Below, piece after piece: positions 23,303-29,903 of a DNA stretch of 32,000 nucleotides. Source of the stretch: Ruminococcus albus 7 = DSM 20455 (GTDB taxonomy: Bacteria > Bacillota > Clostridia > Oscillospirales > Ruminococcaceae); NCBI RefSeq assembly GCF_000179635.2, contig NC_014833.1, positions 1,170,001 through 1,202,000 of the forward strand. Direction: 5' to 3'. Below the pieces are notes generated by a model. It made no database searches. It was not told where the DNA came from and worked only from the letters and a program-made list of their open reading frames with translations. Within the stretch, counting starts at the first letter, position 1, and each line of letters opens with the position of its first letter. A program made the translations under genes and the position numbers.

Positions 23303-23531
23303 TAGGTACGACATTCGGGTGATGTAAGAACATTATTTAGGGCTATCCCCATGGCACACCGGCAGATACGATGATACGGTGTGCCGACGGGATAACATAA
23401 TTATTATCTTATTAAGGAGTTGTCTTTTTGACGAATATCAAAACGGAGATAGCAGCGTAAACGGGAGGTTTGCGAATACTATCTGCACAAGCCTCCCGTA
23501 GTGTGGCAAACATTTACAGGAGGTAAAAACA

Positions 23532-24191
23532 ATGAAGATCAAAGACTATATCATAAGACAGGAAACAGAAAAGGACTACCGTGAGGTGGAAGAAATGGCT
23601 CGTGAAGCTTTCTGGAATTTAAGCGTACCGGGATGCAGCGAGCATTATTTCATACACCTGTTAAGACAGCACAAGGCTTTTCTGCCGCAGCTTGATTATG
23701 TACTGGAAAGCGATGGCAGGATACTGGGCTGTGTGATGTATTCCGAATCTGATATCACAGATGAACAGGGCTGTAAACGGACTGTACTCACCATGGGTCC
23801 CCTTTGCGTGAGGAAAGGATATCAGCGTCAGGGGCTGGGCAAGGCTTTGCTTGAACACACTTTCAGGCTGGCAGAAGAGATGGGCTACGATACTGTCATA
23901 AACTTCGGAAACCCCGATAACTATGTTGCAAGAGGATATAAAAGCTGTAGAAAGTACAATGTGTGCTTTGAAGGAGATATCTACCCTGCGGCACTGCTGG
24001 TGAAGCCGCTGAAAGACGGCGTATTCGATGGCAGAAAGTGGTATTATCACCAGAACGATGCTGATGCGCCTTGTGAAGATGAAGCTGCGGTGGAAGAGTA
24101 TGACAAGCTTTTCACGCCGATGAAAAAGGCATGGCAGCCAAGTCAGGAAGAGTTCTATATCCACAGTCATTCGGTGATAGCCCGTGAGTGA
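23532..24191 (+). CDS. GNAT family N-acetyltransferase
   Basis: 219 aa. Acetyl-CoA motif A VRKGYQRQGLGKALLEH. SD AGGAGG upstream. Confidence 0.85.
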   Translation: MKIKDYIIRQETEKDYREVEEMAREAFWNLSVPGCSEHYFIHLLRQHKAFLPQLDYVLESDGRILGCVMYSESDITDEQGCKRTVLTMGPLCVRKGYQRQGLGKALLEHTFRLAEEMGYDTVINFGNPDNYVARGYKSCRKYNVCFEGDIYPAALLVKPLKDGVFDGRKWYYHQNDADAPCEDEAAVEEYDKLFTPMKKAWQPSQEEFYIHSHSVIARE

Positions 24192-24235
24192 CATCGGTAC
24201 TTAATGACTTCAATTATTATGGCCTAAAACAAAAA

Positions 24236-24269
24236 ATGGCTGCGCAGAAAACTCTGTGCAGCCATTTTG
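24236..24269. terminator. bidirectional rho-independent terminator between the GNAT and GH43 genes
   Basis: 13-bp stem atggctgcgcaga / tctgtgcagccat (one G-U) with a 4-nt loop. An A-run lies on the left and a T-run on the right. Confidence 0.8.
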
Positions 24270-24298
24270 ATATTATGCTATGATAGTTATCTCAGGTA

Positions 24299-26533
24299 TC
24301 AATCAAGTTTCCAGCTGTCAACTGAAGCATTGTTGTTGAATACGAAATAGAGATCGTTCTTGCCGCTCAGACCCTGAACAGGAACTGTGATCTCCTGCAT
24401 TGACGAACCTGCGGGTATCTCAACATAGGATACGACTGTTCCGTTTGCACTGCCTGTGCAAACCTTAACGATACAGCCTGTGTTGGAAGAAGCCTTGAAT
24501 GTCATGGTTTCTGCGCCGCTTCCGCAATCAACTCCGGATACACGGTACCAGCTGCCCTTCTTAGCCTGTACGGTAGAATAATCGCCGCTGCCGCTTATGG
24601 TTATGCCGCCCTGATGCGAGAATGTAGCTGCACGCTGGGTACGGAAGGGATCAAACGATTTGATCTGGCTGACACCCTTCTTGGTGCCTGTGATAGCCTG
24701 GATAGTACCATTGGAATTGATCGTTACCTTATCAATATGAGTGCTGCGGTAGCCGCCCTTCAGACCCATGTTGTCCTGTAAGTACTGTGCATGGTAGAAC
24801 AGATACCACTGATTGTTGAACTTGAATATGGTGTGGTGGTTGTTGCCGCCTGTGCCGAAGAATGTGCCTATACCCTTGAATGCCTCACCAACGTATGTGA
24901 AGGGTCCGAGAGGATAGTCGCTGACCATGTACTGGATAGCACCGCCTGACAGTCCATACTGGTTTCCGCCGGTGCTGAAATTCGAGCAGTAGCTGTAATA
25001 GTACTTGCCGTTGAACTTGTGTATGCCGCTGTCCTCAAAGAGATAAGGCGGGTCAATAGTCTGGGGAGTACCTACGATAGAGGTCATATCACTGCCGAGT
25101 TTTACACATCTTGCAGTCTTGGGGTGAGCATTCTGTCCGCTGGGAACACCGCCGCCGAAATACAGATATCCTGTGCCGTCGTCATCTACGAGTACTGCAG
25201 GGTCGAACAGCCATTCAACGTTGCCGCAGTTCGGGGTCGAACGAGAGATAAGTGCCTTGCCGATAGGATCTTTCCAGGGACCTGTGGGGCTGTCGGCTTC
25301 AAGAACTGCTATGCCGTTACCGCCGTTTGCGAAGTACAGGAAGAATTTCTCTTTGCCGTTGATCTTCTTGTGGCAGGCAGTAGGTGCCCAGGAGTTTCCG
25401 CCCCACCTGCACAGACCGTTAGATCCGGCTGCATTTATCAGACCGTGGTCTGTCCAGTTAACAAGGTCGTCGGAGGATATGCAGCGGATGCAGTTGATAG
25501 TACCGTATTCGATATCCTTGAGCTGACCGTTGCTGTAAAGCAGATGGTCGTCTGTCATAAATACATATACTCTGCCGTTATACTCCATTACACCGGGGTC
25601 TGCACCGAAGTACTGAGATATCAGGGGGTTGTTCTCGTTGGACTTCTTATAGCCGGTAGCGAGGCTGACATTGCCGAATTTGCCTGCCATTTCGTTGAAA
25701 TCTATCTTATTTATCTTGGGGAAGCTGTTTATTTTCTTGAGGATAAAATCCTGTAAGTAATTGATATCATCATTATCGACAGTACCGCTCTTGTCGATAT
25801 CTGCAGCCTTCTGAGACTGCTTGTTCGGGAATCCCGAATACATACCGCGCTTAGCAAGTATCAGGTCTGCCAGGTTGATCCTGCCGTCCTGATTCACATC
25901 GCCGCGGATATCGCCTGGGGTCTTGGGTGCGGTGTAGCCCTGTGAAGCCCCTGAGCTGTCGATCGTTACACCGTCAGCGGCAACTATGGCTTCATCGATG
26001 TAGAAATTGCCGTAAACGTCGGTAGTTTCAACATAAAGGTAAACATCGCTGGCATCCGATGGTATCTGGAAGCTGGGGTTTGAAAGCTGGAGATACTGTC
26101 CGCGGGAGGTGGAGCCTTCTGCAAGGTGCAGGTACTTTACTGTGCCCGTAGAATCGGTGTACTGCATGGAAAGCAGGAAATTCTGGGTGCTCTCGCCTTC
26201 CTCATAGTCAACGAATACATTGAAGCTGTAGCTTTTTCCGGGAATGAATGTAGAAGTATCAAGCGCCATCTGAGCGCCCTGCCATGCACTGGTACGGTCC
26301 TTGATAAGGAGCGCGTTGGTACCCTTGAAAGGATGTCTGCCGCTGAGAAGTATCTCACCTGAACCCCTTATCTCCCAGTTGCCGCTGCTGTCCTCAAAAG
26401 TATCATGGTAATAGAACCCGTTTGAATCGGGTGACATTGCCGCTGACACAGGTAACGCAGAAGTTGTCGAAAGCAATACTGCGCTGCTCAGAGTTGCTGT
26501 ACAAAGTCGGGTAATCGTTTTCTTCAGTTTCAT
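24299..26533 (-). CDS. cellulosomal GH43 glycoside hydrolase (arabinofuranosidase/xylosidase type): CBM22-like - dockerin - GH43 - CBM6
   Basis: 744 aa with a signal peptide. N-terminal CBM_4_9/CBM22-like domain. Type I dockerin duplicate (DVNQDGRINLADLILAKR ... DIDKSGTVDNDDINYLQDFI). GH43 catalytic motifs GADPGVMEYNGRVYVF, LFDPAVLVDDDG and LFEDSGIHKFNGKYYY. C-terminal CBM6-like domain. SD AGGAGG upstream. Confidence 0.9.
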   Translation of the reverse strand: MKLKKTITRLCTATLSSAVLLSTTSALPVSAAMSPDSNGFYYHDTFEDSSGNWEIRGSGEILLSGRHPFKGTNALLIKDRTSAWQGAQMALDTSTFIPGKSYSFNVFVDYEEGESTQNFLLSMQYTDSTGTVKYLHLAEGSTSRGQYLQLSNPSFQIPSDASDVYLYVETTDVYGNFYIDEAIVAADGVTIDSSGASQGYTAPKTPGDIRGDVNQDGRINLADLILAKRGMYSGFPNKQSQKAADIDKSGTVDNDDINYLQDFILKKINSFPKINKIDFNEMAGKFGNVSLATGYKKSNENNPLISQYFGADPGVMEYNGRVYVFMTDDHLLYSNGQLKDIEYGTINCIRCISSDDLVNWTDHGLINAAGSNGLCRWGGNSWAPTACHKKINGKEKFFLYFANGGNGIAVLEADSPTGPWKDPIGKALISRSTPNCGNVEWLFDPAVLVDDDGTGYLYFGGGVPSGQNAHPKTARCVKLGSDMTSIVGTPQTIDPPYLFEDSGIHKFNGKYYYSYCSNFSTGGNQYGLSGGAIQYMVSDYPLGPFTYVGEAFKGIGTFFGTGGNNHHTIFKFNNQWYLFYHAQYLQDNMGLKGGYRSTHIDKVTINSNGTIQAITGTKKGVSQIKSFDPFRTQRAATFSHQGGITISGSGDYSTVQAKKGSWYRVSGVDCGSGAETMTFKASSNTGCIVKVCTGSANGTVVSYVEIPAGSSMQEITVPVQGLSGKNDLYFVFNNNASVDSWKLD

Positions 26534-26589
26534 AAAAAAATCTCCTCCTTATATAAAATAACATAAAATAATTTAACAAATCCTACATT

Positions 26590-26623
26590 ATATGGGCATT
26601 ATAGCACACGAATATGCCCATAT
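26590..26623 (-). promoter_or_regulatory. inverted repeat bracketing an extended -10 element upstream of the GH43 gene
   Basis: ATATGGGCAT-14 nt-ATGCCCATAT with perfect 10-bp arms. On the minus strand the spacer reads ..GTGTGCTATAAT.. (TGn-TATAAT). It lies about 60-90 nt upstream of ATG 26533. Confidence 0.45.
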
Positions 26624-26825
26624 CTATGAAATTTCATGTACTAAATGTTAATAATTAAATAATTTTATTGATTAATAAACTTTTATAAGATAATAATTTT
26701 ATATGCCTTTTTCTGATTATTGCATAAGCTAAAAAGTTTATATAAATTAATAATACAAATGTGAAATTTGTTATAGCCATGCATGTTAAGACCTTTTATG
26801 TACTACTGCAGATCGTGATGTCCAC

Positions 26826-26870
26826 AGAAAAAAAGAAAAGCTGCACGGACAAAAATGTTCATGCAGCTTT
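26826..26870 (-). terminator. rho-independent terminator after the ABC permease gene
   Basis: Stem aaagctgcacgg.. / ..catgcagcttt (one mismatch), followed on the minus strand by TTTTCTTTTTTTC. Confidence 0.75.
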
Positions 26871-26909
26871 GTGAATATACAGTAAGAATTTATACTATGT
26901 TTGTTTCAC

Positions 26910-28505
26910 TTAGTCCTTTGACAAAGTGATGACTTTTCGGTACGAAAGCAGCGCTGCAGCCGATACTGATGCTATCATCACCAGAGTGGCAATATCAACG
27001 GATATCTTGGTGCCGAGAAAGACGGACAGTACAACCAGTCCCATTGTTGCGAACATATTCGGGAACATATATATGGCAACTGCCGCACCCTGCTTGATGA
27101 CCTCGACCTCGTTCTCCCAGTCAAGACGCATATGCTTTATGCCGCACACACAGCCCCGGGAGGTCGAGAAAGCACACAGGCATACCACAAGTATGATGTG
27201 AAGTATTGTAGTCAGAAATGAAGCCTTTGTGCATATACTGAATGTCAGTACGGCGAAAACGGCAAATGGTACTGTAATATACATATTAAAAAGCATCTTG
27301 CCCTGATACAGTGTCTTTTTGCTTATGGGAAGACTTTGCACTATCCAGTAGTTTTTGCCTTCAAGGGAGGGGGTGAAAGCAGTTGTAGCTATCATACCCA
27401 CGAAGAAGTAGGCTATAAAAGGTATGGCGGGTATCAGCATCTCAACGGTCATGGGGGCATCTTTTGCTACGGCTTTTATGACCTTCTGCGGGTCGATGAA
27501 CAGGGCAGCTGCGCCTGCCGCAAAGCACATTATTTCGCCGATCATTGCGTTTGTCATGTATACCACAGAACCTGTCATGCGCTTGAATTCCTTGAAAGCT
27601 ATGGCATTTACGAGGGAATGCTGTTTCTGTTCCTTCATTACGAATCCGCCTGAAGCCGCGTGTGAACGCAGGGCTGAATTTATCCTGCGGTACGACCTGC
27701 CTACGGGTATGAAAGTCACAACGAACAGAACAGCCGTTACTGATATGAAAAGGAGAGCGTACAGTATATGTGGCTTTGTAACAGCGGTGCTGAACCACTT
27801 CATCGGCATATAGATACTGCTGACCTTTGATGTAGTGGCGGATACGGTGTTGAGCACATCTTCTGTCTTGTTGTTTTTGAACATATCTTCAAGGAAGAAT
27901 CTCAGGAAGAACATCAGCCCTATGAAGATCATTGTGATGACAGTCTGTGCGATGTTCTTGTTTTTGAAGCCTGAACCCAGCCTTGCTATAATGAAGCCGA
28001 TGAATGCCGCCGCAAGCATTGGTATTACCGGCATTACAAGGGAGAGGATCAGCCAGATGGGATATACGATAAAAGGGGGCTTTTCATATATCCCGTATCC
28101 TGCCATCATCGAGAGCGAAACGCTCATATACCATGGCAGGCTTTTTATATACATATACATGAACTTGCACGCTGCGATCGTACCGGGTGCAAAGGGGAGC
28201 GACATCAGCATATCGTACTCCTTAAAACCGAAGAGATAGCCGTTTGTTTTGAACAGCGTAAATACGAAAGCCAGAAGGGATATGACCATGGCGCACATAT
28301 CAGGGATAAATGCGGTCAATCCGAATTTACCGTAGCCTATGCAGGTAAAAATACAGTAGCACATCAGCATGAGATAAAGCATTGAAGCTCCTATGATGCT
28401 GCCAACTATCCTGCCGCGTTTTTTGTTGTCCTTGCAGTGTTTGTATATGTTGATGCTGCTTGTGGACTTCATAAGTGTTTTGAGTAATAGGATATTTTTA
28501 TTCAT
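26910..28505 (-). CDS. ABC exporter permease, large polytopic membrane protein
   Basis: 531 aa with about 12 or more hydrophobic segments and no soluble domain. Its start overlaps the stop of the upstream ATPase gene by 8 nt (ATGAATAA). Confidence 0.8.
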   Translation of the reverse strand: MNKNILLLKTLMKSTSSINIYKHCKDNKKRGRIVGSIIGASMLYLMLMCYCIFTCIGYGKFGLTAFIPDMCAMVISLLAFVFTLFKTNGYLFGFKEYDMLMSLPFAPGTIAACKFMYMYIKSLPWYMSVSLSMMAGYGIYEKPPFIVYPIWLILSLVMPVIPMLAAAFIGFIIARLGSGFKNKNIAQTVITMIFIGLMFFLRFFLEDMFKNNKTEDVLNTVSATTSKVSSIYMPMKWFSTAVTKPHILYALLFISVTAVLFVVTFIPVGRSYRRINSALRSHAASGGFVMKEQKQHSLVNAIAFKEFKRMTGSVVYMTNAMIGEIMCFAAGAAALFIDPQKVIKAVAKDAPMTVEMLIPAIPFIAYFFVGMIATTAFTPSLEGKNYWIVQSLPISKKTLYQGKMLFNMYITVPFAVFAVLTFSICTKASFLTTILHIILVVCLCAFSTSRGCVCGIKHMRLDWENEVEVIKQGAAVAIYMFPNMFATMGLVVLSVFLGTKISVDIATLVMIASVSAAALLSYRKVITLSKD

Positions 28506-29223
28506 CAGCTACCTCCAGGAAAACATCCTCCAGCGAACAGCCCTTTGTGAGTTCTTCCATAGTACCCTGTGCGATGAGCTTGCCCTGCTTGATTATAGCT
28601 ACCTTGTTGCACAGCTTTTCGGCAACGTCCAGTACATGGGTGGAAAAGAATATCGCTGTTCCTCTGGAACATATATCGTGCATTATCTGTTTGAGGGTGA
28701 AGGTCGCTTTGGGATCAAGGCCTACAAAGGGTTCGTCAAGCACCATCAGTTTAGGTTCGTGTATAAGTGCCGATATAATGGCGAGCTTCTGCTTCATACC
28801 GTGGGAATAGGAGCTTATAAGGTCGCCAAGAGATTCTGTTATCTCAAACATATCGGCATAGTCCTTTATGCGTTCTGCACGTTCAGTACCGCTTATTCCG
28901 AAAACATCAGCGATGAAATCCAGGTACTGTATGCCGGTGAGATTCTCGTAGAGGTCGGGATTATCTGGGATATAGGCTGTGACTTTTTTGCATTCCATAG
29001 GTTCGGTCTTCACGGAATGACCGTCTATGAATATGTCCCCCTCGGTGAAATCGAGCACACCCACAACAGCGCGTATGGTAGTAGATTTGCCTGCACCGTT
29101 GTGCCCGATGAATCCGTAGATATCTCCGCTTTCAACAGTAAGGGTGACATTATCCGCAGCTTTTTTTCCCTCGCCGTAGATCTTTGTGTAGTTCATTATT
29201 TCAAGTATCGCTTTGTTTTCCAT
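28498..29223 (-). CDS. ABC transporter ATP-binding protein (ABC-2 / exporter type)
   Basis: 241 aa. Walker A GHNGAGKST, signature variant YSHGMKQKLAI and Walker B LMVLDEPFVGLD. SD GGAGG upstream. Confidence 0.92.
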   Translation of the reverse strand: MENKAILEIMNYTKIYGEGKKAADNVTLTVESGDIYGFIGHNGAGKSTTIRAVVGVLDFTEGDIFIDGHSVKTEPMECKKVTAYIPDNPDLYENLTGIQYLDFIADVFGISGTERAERIKDYADMFEITESLGDLISSYSHGMKQKLAIISALIHEPKLMVLDEPFVGLDPKATFTLKQIMHDICSRGTAIFFSTHVLDVAEKLCNKVAIIKQGKLIAQGTMEELTKGCSLEDVFLEVADE

Positions 29224-29266
29224 AAGCTGACCTCCGTTTGTTGTTCTCTTTTGTTTGAGATTATAT

Positions 29267-29309
29267 ATTTTGATATCAATATGATATCAAAATTTTCTGT
29301 GTTTGTCAA
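29267..29309 (-). promoter_or_regulatory. ABC operon promoter with overlapping 27-bp perfect palindromic operator
   Basis: Minus strand reads TTGACA (29309-29304)-17 nt-TATCAT (29286-29281). The palindrome ATTTTGATATCA-ATA-TGATATCAAAAT (29267-29293) has 12-bp perfect arms and covers the -10 element and the transcription start region. Confidence 0.6.
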
Positions 29310-29380
29310 GATTCTGTTACAAGCTTTGTAAAAATATATAAATTTCATATCTCCTTTTTGGCAGATATTTGTCGCGGTGA

Positions 29381-29413
29381 AAACAAAAAATCCGCGAACA
29401 TGATGTTCACGGA
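29381..29413 (-). terminator. second rho-independent terminator downstream of tRNA-Thr
   Basis: tccgtgaaca-tca-tgttcgcgga on the minus strand (one mismatch), followed by TTTTTTGTTTT. Confidence 0.6.
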
Positions 29414-29455
29414 CTTGGGAATCGGCGACCGCATCTTTACTGCGATATTAGCAAT

Positions 29456-29486
29456 AAAAAACCACCCTTGGATTATCCAAGAGTGG
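29456..29486 (-). terminator. rho-independent terminator immediately after tRNA-Thr
   Basis: ccactcttgg-ataat-ccaagggtgg on the minus strand (one mismatch), followed by TTTTTT. Confidence 0.75.
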
Positions 29487-29488
29487 TA

Positions 29489-29561
29489 AGCTGGTGACGG
29501 GACTCGAACCTGCGACCTGCTCATTACGAATGAGCTGCACTACCAGCTGTGCTACACCAGC
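29489..29561 (-). tRNA. tRNA-Thr (anticodon CGU)
   Basis: The reverse complement folds as a 73-nt cloverleaf. Acceptor GCTGGTG/CACCAGC, D-arm GCAC-AGCTGGTA-GTGC, anticodon stem GCTCA/TGAGC with loop TTCGTAA, and T-loop TTCGAGT. The T-stem GCAGG/CCCGT carries one A:C mismatch and one G-U. Confidence 0.85.
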
Positions 29562-29597
29562 GTATATCAGCACTGTCAATTGTTTAACAGCTATACT

Positions 29598-29626
29598 ATT
29601 ATACACTACTTTGTCAGATTTGTCAA
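29598..29626 (-). promoter_or_regulatory. consensus sigma-A promoter for tRNA-Thr
   Basis: Minus strand reads TTGACA-17 nt-TATAAT, about 36 nt upstream of the tRNA 5' end. Confidence 0.7.
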
Positions 29627-29804
29627 GGGTTGTATATAAAATTTCACAGGCAGGTTGTTTGATGCAAAACAGTTAAAAAATTAATTTGTTATAACTTTGG
29701 ATGAAAATATGCAAATTTGTTTATAATATGGCGGCTGTATAATATATTAACAAAAAGTTTAGGCGATACAATGTCTTTATGTTGATTTTTTACAACGCCC
29801 CCTA

Positions 29805-29833
29805 TTGACATTTATTCATTGGGGTGTTAAAAT
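29805..29833 (+). promoter_or_regulatory. sigma-A type promoter for the GH5 gene
   Basis: TTGACA-17 nt-TAAAAT with a TGT extended -10 (TGTTAAAAT, the same nonamer as at 12425-12433). Confidence 0.6.
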
Positions 29834-29903
29834 AAATCCGTAAGATACCATAGTACTGTAATAGTACAATAACCGAACGGTATCATCGAGAGGGGAATAT
29901 ATC

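Noticed and set aside
25019-25756. 245-aa + strand ORF inside the GH43 locus
   Set aside because: It is antisense to the GH43 catalytic domain and has no motif or SD.
26592-26651. 19-aa ORF MGIIAHEYAHIYEISCTKC containing an HExxH string in the GH43 upstream region
   Set aside because: It has no SD, coincides with the inverted repeat, and is far too short for a metalloprotease. The HExxH match is a chance occurrence.
28393-29331. 312-aa + strand ORF across the ABC ATPase gene and its promoter
   Set aside because: It is antisense to an ATPase with Walker A, Walker B and signature motifs. It also runs through the palindromic operator and promoter.
29196-29348. 50-aa minus-strand ORF (MKFIYFYKACNRILTNTENFDIILISKYIISNK...) upstream of and overlapping the ABC ATPase start
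   Set aside because: It contains the predicted promoter and the palindromic operator within its coding span. Its GGAG is only 2 nt from the ATG. The composition looks like AT-rich non-coding DNA.
29834-29903. Two-tier hairpin in the GH5 5' leader (gatacc...ggtatc enclosing gtact-gtaat-agtac)
   Set aside because: The stems are short with no known riboswitch resemblance. It is probably an ordinary stabilising 5' structure, noted but not called as a feature.
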